NCBI GenBank assembly: GCA_963711565.1
Contig: CAVQEQ010000004.1
Coordinates: forward strand, 1,344,001-1,408,000
Direction: 5' to 3'
Length of the DNA stretch: 64,000 nucleotides
From: an uncultured delta proteobacterium
GTDB taxonomy: Bacteria; Desulfobacterota; Binatia; Binatales; Binataceae
The notes under the pieces are model-generated. The model was not told where the DNA came from. It saw nothing but the letters and a program-made list of their open reading frames with translations, and did no database searches. The translations under genes and the position numbers were made by a program. Below are positions 52,385-62,247 of the stretch, piece after piece (the first letter of the stretch is position 1; every line of letters begins with the position of its first letter).

Positions 52385-54564
52385 GTGAATCTCGACGACT
52401 TGAATCCTGAACAGCGCGCCGCTGTGCTCGCGCCCGACGGCCCGATACTCATCCTGGCCGGTGCGGGCTCGGGCAAGACCCGCGTGCTGACCTACCGTAT
52501 CGCCCACATTCTGGCCGAGCGCAAGGCTGCGCCCTTCGAGATGCTCGCGGTGACGTTCACCAACAAGGCCGCCAATGAGATGCGCGAGCGGGTCGCGGCT
52601 CTGGTCGGCGACGAGTCGCGGCTGCCGTGGGTCAGCACGTTCCATTCGGCGTGCGCGCGGATTTTGCGCCAGGAAGGTCACGCGCTCGGCTACGACCGCA
52701 ATTTCTCGATTCTCGACGAAGGCGACTCGCTGACGACGATCCGCCGCGTACTCGACGACGCCGCGCTGGCCGACTCGCCCCCGCTCGAACTTGCGCGCGC
52801 GCGAATCGAGCAGGCCAAGAACGAAGCGATCTCGCCCGACGACATGCTGGCGAGCGCTCAACCAGGGCGCGAGGCCTCGATCGCGCAGATTTACCGGCTC
52901 TACCAGAACCGGATGCGCGAGATGAACGCGATGGACTTCAGCGATTTGCAATTGCAGACCTGGATTCTGTTCGAGCGCTTCCCCGAAATCCTCGAGAAGT
53001 GGCAGCGGCGCGCGGCGCATCTGCTGGTCGATGAGTATCAGGACACCAACCGCGTCCAATATTTGATCGTCAAGGCGCTCGCTGCGCGGTCGGGAAATCT
53101 ATGCGTGGTCGGCGACGAGGATCAATCGATTTACCGCTGGCGCGGCGCCGACATCCGCAACATCCTCGATTTCGAGCGCGACTACCCCGCCGCGCAAATC
53201 TTCAAGCTCGAGCAGAACTACCGCTCGACCAAAACCATCCTGGCCGCGGCCGGCGGCGTCATCCGCAACAACACCGAGCGCAAGATCAAAAACCTGTGGA
53301 CCGAAAATGGCGCCGGCGAGCCGGTCACCTACTACACCGGCGTGACCGAGCGCGACGAGGCCGATTTTATCGCGCTCGAAATCGCGCGACAGACCGGCTC
53401 CGGCGGATTCCGGGCCGCCGACATAGTCGTCTTCTACCGCGTCAATGCCCAGTCGCGCGCGATCGAAGAGGCGCTCGTGCGCCGGCGAATCCCCTACTAC
53501 ATCGTTGGCGGCGTGCGCTTTTACGAACAGCGCGACGTTAAGGATCTGCTCGCCTACCTGCGCGTGCTCGCGAATCCCGCCGACGCCGTCAGCCTCGAGC
53601 GGATGGTCGGCACACCGCCGCGCGGAATTGGCGCGAAGTCCTTCGAGGCGATCACTGAATTGGCAGCGCGCGAGCAGATCACGGCGTTCGAGGCGATGGG
53701 CCGGCTGAGACTTACTCGAAGGTTGCACTCAGAATCGCCAAGCAGGCCGGGATGCTCTATTCGTGGATGCACGATCTTGCCGTGCGCATGCCCGAGTTGA
53801 GCGTGCGCGGAATCGTCGAGGAGGTCGTGGCCCACAGCGGCTTCGAGCCGTATCTCGACACGCTCGACGACTCCGCGATGCGCAAACAGAATCTCGCCGA
53901 GATGCTCACCGCGGCCAGCGCCTTCGACGCCGAGAAATCCGGCGGCGGTCTGGCCGAGTTCCTCGAACGAGTCGCGCTGGTCAGCGACACCGAGCAGATC
54001 GATTCGAGCGGAGGACGCGCCGCGCTGATGACGCTCCACACCTCAAAGGGCCTCGAGTATCCGATCGTCTTCATCGCCGGGATGGAGGAAGGACTGTTTC
54101 CGCATAGCCGCTCCGCCGATATCGACGAGGAAGTCGAGGAGGAGCGCCGTCTGTGCTACGTCGGCATGACGCGCGCGCGCCAGTTGCTCTACCTGACCAA
54201 CACGCTCTCGCGCGAAATTTACGGCGTGCGCCAGGAATCCCGTCAGTCGCGATTCATGCGCGAGATCGACCCCGCCCTGATTCACCGTATCGCGCCGCAA
54301 CGCCACACCGCTCCGATACGCCCGCTCTCGCCGCGCGAATCTTACGTCAACCTGAGCGACAGCCAGTTGCCCGACGACGAGCCGGGTCCCGGTGGCGACG
54401 GTCTTTCAGTTGGCGCGCGCGTCGTTCATCCGACCTTCGGCCGCGGTATCGTCCGTAGGCGCGAGGGACGCGGCGACGGCGCCAAGGCGTGGGTGAATTT
54501 CGAGCGCGGCGGGATCAAGCTGCTTGTGCTCAAGTTCGCAAACCTGAGGTTGATTGCAGACTGA
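52385..54564 (+). CDS. pcrA: UvrD/PcrA DNA helicase with an apparent one-base deletion near 53706
   Basis: AGAGSGKT, VDEYQD, GDEDQSIY, QNYRS in ORF 52385..53800; TLHTSKGLEY, EERRLCYVGMTRA and the C-terminal Tudor-like domain in ORF 53752..54564. Confidence 0.93.
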
Positions 54565-54640
54565 TCGCGCCGGTATCATTCCTGTGAATGCGCCGACGAC
54601 GCTTGAATCGGAAGACTGTCGCCAACCAACCCGGAAGTTC

Positions 54641-55693
54641 ATGAAACGCTTCATTCATATAGCGATTCGATTCATCCCCGCCCTGCTGATAATTGCGCTG
54701 GTCGCGATTCCAGCCGCGCATGGCGCGTGGACCGAAGACCTCTTCGAGAAACGTCCGCTGTACGCGTACCCGCTCCCGCACGGCAAGGACAACATCATCG
54801 GCAACCTGATGACCTACGAGATCCAGAAGGGCGACACTCTGCTCAACGTCGGCCGATGGTTCGGCGTGACGGCCAAGGAAATCTCCAACGCCAACACCGG
54901 CGTGGACTGGTGGGCGCCTACCGCAGGCCGGGTGATCATTCTGCCCGACGAGCACATCCTGCCGAATACGCCCCACGTCGGCATCGTGATGAACATCCCG
55001 GAGATGCGGATCTACTATTATTTCCCATCGCCGACCGGGCCGATTCACCCTAAAGGCAAAGTCACGCCCGCCAAGTTCGAACCGGGGAAGAAGCATGCCG
55101 GAGGAGTCACGCCCACGGTGGTGTACACGTTCCCGGTCGGCCTCGGTCGTTTCGATTGGAAGACGCCCGTCGGAACTTTCACGGTTCGCGGTAAGACGCG
55201 CAATCCGACATGGGTGGTGCCGCAAGACATCTACGAGGAACATATGGAGCGCGACGGCGAAGCGGAACACGTCGTCTCGGGCGACGATCCCGACAATCCG
55301 CTGGGCCACTACCGCATCGAATTGACGCTGCCCGAGTATGCGTTCCATGGCACCAACGTGCCGTGGGGCGTTGGCATGGAAGTCAGTCACGGATGCATCC
55401 GGCTGTATCCCGAGGATATCGAGCGGTTCTTCAACAAGGTGAAAATCGGGACGCCCGGGATGTTCGTCTATCAGCCGGTGAAGTTCGGATGGCGCGGCGA
55501 CTCGCTATACGTCGAGGTCCACGACGATCTCTACGGCATGTACGCGGGACTGTGGGCGTATGCGACGAAGGAAGCCGACCGCCAGGGATTGACGGATCAG
55601 ATCGACATGCAGAAGCTGGAAAAAGCAATCGAGCAGAAGTCCGGCGTCCCGACTTACATAATGCCCGGCCCCGCCCCCGGCAGCGCGAGTTAG
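54641..55693 (+). CDS. L,D-transpeptidase (ErfK/YbiS family) with LysM
   Basis: GDTL LysM, NIPEMRIY, PVGLG, NPLG, FHGT, SHGCIRL. Confidence 0.93.
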   Translation: MKRFIHIAIRFIPALLIIALVAIPAAHGAWTEDLFEKRPLYAYPLPHGKDNIIGNLMTYEIQKGDTLLNVGRWFGVTAKEISNANTGVDWWAPTAGRVIILPDEHILPNTPHVGIVMNIPEMRIYYYFPSPTGPIHPKGKVTPAKFEPGKKHAGGVTPTVVYTFPVGLGRFDWKTPVGTFTVRGKTRNPTWVVPQDIYEEHMERDGEAEHVVSGDDPDNPLGHYRIELTLPEYAFHGTNVPWGVGMEVSHGCIRLYPEDIERFFNKVKIGTPGMFVYQPVKFGWRGDSLYVEVHDDLYGMYAGLWAYATKEADRQGLTDQIDMQKLEKAIEQKSGVPTYIMPGPAPGSAS

Positions 55694-55802
55694 TTCACTC
55701 ACTAATATACCGCCGTCACCAAGCCTGTTAGAATTTGTGGCGAACGTAAGCAGGCGAGACTTCCAATATCCTGCTTAACTCGAGAACGCTGGAGGCACAG
55801 AG

Positions 55803-56786
55803 GTGGGATTGGCGGTGCTGGAACTGTGCGCGGGCGGCGGCGGACAGGCACTTGGGCTTGAGGCTGCGGGCTTCGAGTCCGCGGCCGTAGTGGAGATCGA
55901 CACGCATTCTTGCAATACGCTTCGGTTCAACCGTCCCAAGTGGCACGTCATTCAATCAGACATCCGCGAGATAAGCGGCCGCAATTTCCGCGGAATTGGT
56001 CTCTTCGCGGCTGGCGTGCCTTGCCCGCCGTTCTCGATTGCTGGAAAGCAGCTCGGGCGGCACGATGAACGCGATCTCTTTCCAGAGGCGCTTCGAATCA
56101 TAGAGGAATCTAGGCCGCCGGCAGTTTTGTTGGAGAACGTTCCCGGCTTAGCGTCGAACAAATTCAAGACGTATCGCCACGGTATCGCCGCGGCCCTTTC
56201 GGAACTGGGCTACGAGGTCCGCTGGGCTACGCTAAGTGCTTCGGATTTCAACGTTCCCCAGTTACGCCCACGCTTCATCGTCGTAGCTTTGCGCGCCAGG
56301 CTGTCCGGTCGTTTTGCTTGGCCCGAGCGACTGACGCGCCGGCCTCCGACAGTCGGCGAAGCCATCGGAGATCTGATGGCCGCAGGCGGTTGGACCGGCG
56401 CTGAAGCATGGGCGCGCAAAGCGAGCGGGATTGCGCCGACAATCGTCGGCGGTTCGAAGAAGCACGGAGGTCCCGACCTGGGTCCGACTCGTGCGCGCCG
56501 CCAGTGGGCGAGTCTTGGCGTTGATGGTCTCGGCATAGCGGACGAACCGCCTGATCGAGGGTTTCCGTCTTCAGCAAAGCCCAGACTCACCATCCCGATG
56601 GTCGCTCGGCTCCAAGGCTTCCCCGACGACTGGAAATTCACCGGAAAAAAGACCGCCGCATACCGCCAGGTTGGAAACGCCTTCCCACCTCCGGTAGCCG
56701 CACAAGTGGGTTGCGCGCTTCTCGAAGCTCTAAACGCCACACGGACTCACCTCGTGCGGCGTTCACAGCCCAGTCTATTCGCGTAA
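55803..56786 (+). CDS. DNA (cytosine-5) methyltransferase, M.NaeI/M.NgoMIV-like
   Basis: ELCAGGGG, PCPPFS, ENV, Q.RPR, QVGNA; target-recognition region APTIVGGSKKHGGPDLGPTRA. Confidence 0.93.
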   Translation: MGLAVLELCAGGGGQALGLEAAGFESAAVVEIDTHSCNTLRFNRPKWHVIQSDIREISGRNFRGIGLFAAGVPCPPFSIAGKQLGRHDERDLFPEALRIIEESRPPAVLLENVPGLASNKFKTYRHGIAAALSELGYEVRWATLSASDFNVPQLRPRFIVVALRARLSGRFAWPERLTRRPPTVGEAIGDLMAAGGWTGAEAWARKASGIAPTIVGGSKKHGGPDLGPTRARRQWASLGVDGLGIADEPPDRGFPSSAKPRLTIPMVARLQGFPDDWKFTGKKTAAYRQVGNAFPPPVAAQVGCALLEALNATRTHLVRRSQPSLFA

Positions 56787-57371
56787 ATGCCGCATCGCCC
56801 AAAAGGGATGAGCGCACGAGAGTCCATCCGGCTCTTCTTGCTCAAGAACCTGAATCGCACAATACAGGGTTCCGAGTTGCGTGAAGCGGCCGGTGGAATT
56901 TCGGAATGGGCACGACGGGTTCGCGAGCTTCGGGACGAACAGGGTTACGATATTCTAACGCACAAGGATCGCGCGGATCTTAAACTTGGCCAGTACATGC
57001 TGCTAACCGCGAGACGCCGCCCCATTTTGGATCGGACGATCTCAAAGGAAATAAGAGCGCGCGTGCTGGAACGCAACGGCTTCACTTGCCAAGCGTGCGG
57101 CGCTGCTGCGGGCGATCCCGATCCCTTCCACCCAGATCGCACGATTCGGCTTACCATCGGGCACATCGTCAACTTCTCCAAAGGTGGCAAATCGGAGTTC
57201 GGAAACCTCCGTGCGGAATGCACCAATTGCAACGAAGGCTTGCAAAACACTTCTCTGCCGAAACCATCGCGGATCGAGCTCTTCAAACAGATTCGGCGCG
57301 CTACGCTGGATGACCAGCGAGTGGTCCTGGAATGGCTCGAACGGAAATTCGGGGGCCGCAGCAAAAGTTAG
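56787..57371 (+). CDS. HNH endonuclease, KpnI-like putative type II restriction enzyme
   Basis: FLLKNL...EWARRVRELRDEQGYDIL N-terminus, CQAC...GH...CTNCN HNH/zinc motif; starts immediately after the MTase stop. Confidence 0.8.
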   Translation: MPHRPKGMSARESIRLFLLKNLNRTIQGSELREAAGGISEWARRVRELRDEQGYDILTHKDRADLKLGQYMLLTARRRPILDRTISKEIRARVLERNGFTCQACGAAAGDPDPFHPDRTIRLTIGHIVNFSKGGKSEFGNLRAECTNCNEGLQNTSLPKPSRIELFKQIRRATLDDQRVVLEWLERKFGGRSKS

Positions 57372-57374
57372 CGT

Positions 57375-57800
57375 TTGAAGCTCGTGCCGGACGTATTCAC
57401 TCCAGAAAAACGTTCCAAAGTGATGGCGCGAATTCGCGCCAAAAACACAAAACCCGAGCTTGCCGTTCGCCGGGCGCTTCACCGTCTCGGCTATCGCTTC
57501 CGATTGCACGATCCGAGACTGCCGGGGCGTCCGGATATCGTGCTCGCCAGACACCGGCTAATTATCGAGGTGAACGGCTGTTTCTGGCATGGCCACCGCT
57601 GCCTCAAAGGCCGCATACCTGTCGGCAATCGCGCCTATTGGGTGCAGAAAATCGGCGGTAACAAGATTCGGGAAAGGCGAAATGCCCACCGTCTGCGTGC
57701 CATGGGATGGAAGGTCAAGACTGTCTGGGAGTGCGAAGTGCGGCGTCAAAACACGGATCAGCTTGCCGCCGGCTTGCGGAAGCTCTTCGCCGAAATCTAA
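57375..57800 (+). CDS. vsr: Very short patch repair endonuclease
   Basis: RSKVMARIRAKNTKPE, LPGRPD, GCFWHGH, VWECE. Confidence 0.93.
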   Translation: MKLVPDVFTPEKRSKVMARIRAKNTKPELAVRRALHRLGYRFRLHDPRLPGRPDIVLARHRLIIEVNGCFWHGHRCLKGRIPVGNRAYWVQKIGGNKIRERRNAHRLRAMGWKVKTVWECEVRRQNTDQLAAGLRKLFAEI

Positions 57801-57822
57801 TCCGCATATCGAAGGTCGATTG

Positions 57823-59487
57823 CTAGTTCTTTGGCTGCGGTGCCGCTGGCGCAGCGGTCGGCGGATTGCCGTCGTGCGCGGCCGGGGTTTTCACCAGGTA
57901 GAAGTATCGATGACCCAGCCCGAATGGGCCCGGCCATTCGAGACGCTCGACGACTTCCATGCCGGCGATCGGCTCGCTCGCGATCGTGTACTCACCCACC
58001 TTCTCCGACGTGATCATCGGAATTCCAGCTTCGAGCTTCATCGTATCGATTCCATGCTTGGGATAGCGGTATAGGTCCTCGCCGTTGAGGGCATAGCCGG
58101 CGTCGATGGCCGAGCGCGGAACACCTTTGCGCTCCAGTTCATTGCGCGTCGCCAGGATCGCCGCCATGCCGCGCTGATACGCGTAAGTGCCGCCGAGCGA
58201 CATCAGGCCCATCGCGAACGTCATCGCAAATCCCGCCGCCATGACCAGCCTGCGTCGCGGTAGCGGCGCGAGCGCCATCACGATCGCACCGGCCGGCACC
58301 AGAACGAGGTAGTAGCGGTCGTTGTAGAACCACAGCGGTATCGTCGCCAACCAGTAGATTGTCGCGGCAATCAAGATCGCCGCGGCACTGCGGCCGAGCG
58401 TCCTGAAAATCCCGGCAAACGCCGCGAGCAATCCCGCCGCGCCGAAGCTCGCAAGGATGAGGAACGCGTATTGCCAATCGCTGTTCCATGAAAAGCGATT
58501 CGCCTGCCCTCGCAGTATAAGCACGTTGTGCCATCCGCCGAAGCAACTGTACTCGGGCGTCACCGGCATCCGATTGTCCATCCACATCAGGAGCATCGCG
58601 GCTGCGAAGATTCCCGCGCCGCCCATCACGACGCGGCGCCATCGCGGCGTCGTCAGTTGCAGAATCGCCAGCGGCGACAGCACGGTCCCCAGGTAGAGCG
58701 CCGGTCCCAGCACGCCCGCGCGCAGGTAGTTCGCGAGCGGCACGCGGAAGATATAGCGGAAATGATTTTCGTTCAGCTGCATTTCCCATGGCTTCGGACC
58801 CAGTACCGTCAGCCCGATCCACACCCCCGCGCAAATCGCCAGCGCCGCGCCAAACGGCACCAGCATCTCGGCCCACACCGCGCGATCCCGGAGATTCATT
58901 CCTCGCAACCGCGTGTCGTAAAGGATCATCGCGCCGACGCAGCCGGCTATCACCATCGCGCCGAACGGCCGAATCAGAAACGCGATCGCCGAGAGAGCCG
59001 CCGCGAGCCAAAGCCACAACTGCGCACGGCGTCCTTCGGCGTTGGCGAACGCCAGATGCGCCGCGACGATCGCGGTCAGGAATGGAATTTCGGTCATGAA
59101 CGAAAAACTAAGGAACATGAAACACGGATTGCAGATCAGCAGTCCCGTCGCCGCCAGCGCCTGCCATCGCGGCGCGCCGCACTTGAGCGCGAGCGCATGG
59201 AACATCACGCCGCACAGAACAGCCAGCGCCACCACTGAAAGCTCCAGCGACGCCGAGTTGCCGCCGAATACGTGCGCCCATGCCACGCCGTACACGACCT
59301 GCGCGATCGGCGTCGCCTGAGAGTAGCCGGCGAATCTGATCTCGCCGGTGCGCAGATACCGCCGCACGGCCGAACCGTACAGCCAGCTATCCACCACCGG
59401 CGCGTCGGTCAGCGGATGCAGGATCGCGAGCGCGAACACGTACCATCCGACCACCACCGCTGCCGCGGCCCATCCTGCGCGCCTCAT
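57823..59487 (-). CDS. GT-C membrane glycosyltransferase (ArnT/PMT-like)
   Basis: PVVDSWLY acidic loop, SFMTEIPF, DRYYL, many TM helices. Confidence 0.7.
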   Translation of the reverse strand: MRRAGWAAAAVVVGWYVFALAILHPLTDAPVVDSWLYGSAVRRYLRTGEIRFAGYSQATPIAQVVYGVAWAHVFGGNSASLELSVVALAVLCGVMFHALALKCGAPRWQALAATGLLICNPCFMFLSFSFMTEIPFLTAIVAAHLAFANAEGRRAQLWLWLAAALSAIAFLIRPFGAMVIAGCVGAMILYDTRLRGMNLRDRAVWAEMLVPFGAALAICAGVWIGLTVLGPKPWEMQLNENHFRYIFRVPLANYLRAGVLGPALYLGTVLSPLAILQLTTPRWRRVVMGGAGIFAAAMLLMWMDNRMPVTPEYSCFGGWHNVLILRGQANRFSWNSDWQYAFLILASFGAAGLLAAFAGIFRTLGRSAAAILIAATIYWLATIPLWFYNDRYYLVLVPAGAIVMALAPLPRRRLVMAAGFAMTFAMGLMSLGGTYAYQRGMAAILATRNELERKGVPRSAIDAGYALNGEDLYRYPKHGIDTMKLEAGIPMITSEKVGEYTIASEPIAGMEVVERLEWPGPFGLGHRYFYLVKTPAAHDGNPPTAAPAAPQPKN

Positions 59488-59582
59488 CGACTCCTGCCTT
59501 GCTCCGCTTTTAACCTATCCCTTATACTCCGAAATTAACTCGACACATGGGGATTGCGCCGATTTCAACCGAATCACACACG

Positions 59583-60764
59583 ATGCGACAAGTAGCATTT
59601 CACCGTCCGTCCATCGGACCCGACGAGGAGCGCGAGGTGCTCGACACCCTGCGCTCCGGATGGATCACCACCGGCCCCAAGGCCAAGCGCTTCGAGAGCG
59701 AATTCGCCGGCTACGTCGGCGCCAAACACGCGCTCGCGCTTGCGCATTGCACCGGCGCGCTCCATCTCTCGCTGTGGGCGCTCGGCATCGGCCCCGGCGA
59801 CGAGGTCATCACCACGCCGTTTACCTTCACGGCGACCGCCGAGATTCTCGGCTACCTCGGCGCGCGTCCGGTGTTCGTCAACGTCGATCCCGGAACATTC
59901 AACATCAACCCGGCGCGCATCGAAGAGGCACTCGAGAGCGGCGCGCACAAACGCGTCCGCGCGATCCTGCCGGTGCACTTCGCCGGCCACGCTTGCGACA
60001 TGGATCGCATCCTCAACATCGCGCGCAACTACAATCTGAAGGTTGTCGAGGACGCCGCGCACGCCGCCGGCTCCGCGCGCCACATGGACGGCCGCGGGAT
60101 GGCGAAAATCGGCACCATCGGCGACCTCACCTGCTTCAGTTTCTACGCCACCAAGAATTTCACCACCGCCGAGGGCGGCATGATCACAACGTCCGACGAC
60201 GCGCTCGCGGAAAAAATCGCCGTCGCCAGCCTGCACGGGATGAACAAGGACGCGTGGAAGCGCTACGATAAGAGCGGCTCGTGGTACTACGAAATCCACG
60301 ACATGGGTTTCAAGTACAACCTCTCCGACGTGCACGCCGCCATCGGCCTGGCTCAGCTCAAACGCGCCGACGACTTCATGCGCCGGCGCGGTGAAATCGC
60401 GAGCGCCTACAACGAGGCTTTCCGCGGCGACGACAGTCTCCAGCCGGCGTACTCCGAACCCGGCATCGAGCACGCCTGGCATCTCTACGTCCTGCGCATC
60501 CGCCCCGAGCGCCTCAAGCTCGGCCGCAATCAGTTCGTCGAAATTCTGCGCGAGCGCGGCGTCGGATGCTCCGTGCACTGCATCCCGCTGCACACGATGC
60601 ACTACTACCAGCGCATGTACGGCTACCGCGACGGCGATTTTCCGGTCGCCGAAGAAATCTTCAGCCGGTGCCTGTCGCTGCCGATCTACGCCGCGATGAC
60701 CGACGACAACGTCGCTTACGTGATCGAAACCGTTCGCGCCATCGCGCGCGAGAATGGCCGCTGA
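59583..60764 (+). CDS. DegT/DnrJ/EryC1/StrS aminotransferase
   Basis: SGWITTGP, EDAAHA, SFYATKN..TAEGG. Confidence 0.93.
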   Translation: MRQVAFHRPSIGPDEEREVLDTLRSGWITTGPKAKRFESEFAGYVGAKHALALAHCTGALHLSLWALGIGPGDEVITTPFTFTATAEILGYLGARPVFVNVDPGTFNINPARIEEALESGAHKRVRAILPVHFAGHACDMDRILNIARNYNLKVVEDAAHAAGSARHMDGRGMAKIGTIGDLTCFSFYATKNFTTAEGGMITTSDDALAEKIAVASLHGMNKDAWKRYDKSGSWYYEIHDMGFKYNLSDVHAAIGLAQLKRADDFMRRRGEIASAYNEAFRGDDSLQPAYSEPGIEHAWHLYVLRIRPERLKLGRNQFVEILRERGVGCSVHCIPLHTMHYYQRMYGYRDGDFPVAEEIFSRCLSLPIYAAMTDDNVAYVIETVRAIARENGR

Positions 60765-60779
60765 CCCCGGAGAACAACT

Positions 60780-61724
60780 GTGCGCACATTGGTAACCGGC
60801 GGCGCGGGATTCCTCGGCTCTCATCTATGCGAGCGCCTGCTCAACGACGGCCACGAAGTCATCTGCCTCGACAACTTTTTCAGCGGCAAGCGCGCCAACA
60901 TCATGCACCTGCTCGGCAACCGCAATTTCGAATTCATCCGCCACAACGTCGTCGAGCCAATCCTGCTGGAAGTCGATCGCATCTTCAGCCTCGCCTGCCC
61001 CGCGTCACCGGTGCATTACCAGTACAACCCGGTGAAGACCATCAAGACCTCCGTGATGGGCACCATCAACATGCTTGGGCTGGCCAAGCGCGTGCACGCG
61101 CGCATTCTGCTGACTTCGACCAGCGAGGTTTACGGTGATCCCGAGCAGCATCCGCAAACCGAATCGTACTGGGGCAACGTCAATCCGATCGGCGTGCGTT
61201 CCTGCTACGACGAGGGCAAGCGCGTCGCCGAATGCCTGATGATGGACTATCATCGGCAGAACAACGTCGATACTCGCATCGTGCGCATCTTCAATACTTA
61301 CGGCCCGCGGATGGCGATCAACGACGGCCGCGTGGTCTCGAACTTTTGCGTCTCTGCGTTGCGCGGCGAGGATCTCGAAATTTACGGCGACGGCAAATCG
61401 ACGCGCTCGTTCGCCTACGTCAACGACATTATCGACGCACTCGTGCGCATGATGAATCAGGACACGCACATCGGCCCTGTGAACATCGGCAACCCCGACG
61501 AATTTACGATCGAGGAACTCGCCAGCCTCGCCATCGAGCTGTCAGGCAGCTCGTCGAAGGTCGTTTACAAACCGCCGCGGGCCGACGATCCTGTGCGTCG
61601 CAAACCCAATATCGAGCTCGCGAAAAAGATTCTCGGCGGATGGCAGCCGCAGACGGCTCTTCTGCCTGGGCTCACAAAATCAATCGCGCACTTCCGCGAA
61701 GTCCTGGGCATCCCGCGAAAATAA
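60780..61724 (+). CDS. UDP-glucuronate decarboxylase family NAD-dependent epimerase
   Basis: [34 protein letters not shown]. Confidence 0.93.
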   Translation: MRTLVTGGAGFLGSHLCERLLNDGHEVICLDNFFSGKRANIMHLLGNRNFEFIRHNVVEPILLEVDRIFSLACPASPVHYQYNPVKTIKTSVMGTINMLGLAKRVHARILLTSTSEVYGDPEQHPQTESYWGNVNPIGVRSCYDEGKRVAECLMMDYHRQNNVDTRIVRIFNTYGPRMAINDGRVVSNFCVSALRGEDLEIYGDGKSTRSFAYVNDIIDALVRMMNQDTHIGPVNIGNPDEFTIEELASLAIELSGSSSKVVYKPPRADDPVRRKPNIELAKKILGGWQPQTALLPGLTKSIAHFREVLGIPRK

Positions 61725-61816
61725 CGTCGGTCGTTGGCTTCGCTTGCCATTGCGTCCATCCGGCGAGAAGATATGAAGGTATCAGAAGTCCGCCGTTTCC
61801 CATTCGACAGCGCATC

Positions 61817-62170
61817 ATGAGTCGAAATGATTTCTCTTGCTCTTTTTCCCTAATCCGGTCCCCCTTCCCGCGCGGGAAGGGGTTAGGAGTTGGGTTCTTC
61901 GCCGTACCACCGCTGCTCGCCTTGGCCCTCGCGTCATGCGCCGCAGCGCCGCCGCCTCCGGCTCGTGCACCCCAGCCAATCGTCTATATGCCGCCCGATC
62001 CTAATCCGCCGCCGCCCGACGAATGGAACCTGCTCCCCGACCCGACCACCGGCCAGGTCGATGTCTATCACGAAGGCGGTTACGTCGGCTCCGTCACCGG
62101 CAACGAGCCCGCGGACCAGGACCCGCCAATCCCGCATCCGGTCGCGACCCCTGCGCCTGACGCGGATTAG
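61817..62170 (+). CDS. Small proline-rich putative lipoprotein
   Basis: LLALALASC lipobox, Pro-rich linker, compact domain WNLLPDPTTGQVDVYHEGGYVG; start codon uncertain. Confidence 0.55.
   Translation: MSRNDFSCSFSLIRSPFPRGKGLGVGFFAVPPLLALALASCAAAPPPPARAPQPIVYMPPDPNPPPPDEWNLLPDPTTGQVDVYHEGGYVGSVTGNEPADQDPPIPHPVATPAPDAD
61852..61887. repeat. REP-like hairpin CCCCTTCCC..GGGAAGGGGTTAG, copy 1
   Basis: Related copy at 63853-63896 and a partial arm at 20041-20065. Confidence 0.7.
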
Positions 62171-62229
62171 ACACTGGGTGCAGGGGTCACCCCTGCCGAA
62201 GGAAGTATGAAACCCACCGTGGGTTTCAT
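62171..62229. repeat. 59 bp double-hairpin repeat, copy 2
   Basis: ACACTGGGTGCAGGGGTCACCCCTGCCGAAGGAAGTATGAAACCCACCGTGGGTTTCAT; five differences from 14095-14153. Confidence 0.85.
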
Positions 62230-62247
62230 TTTAATCGTTCCTGGCTT

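Noticed and set aside
41455-53710. Programmed ribosomal frameshifting in fdhD and pcrA
   Set aside because: No slippery heptamer at either site; a single-base correction restores the ordinary protein.
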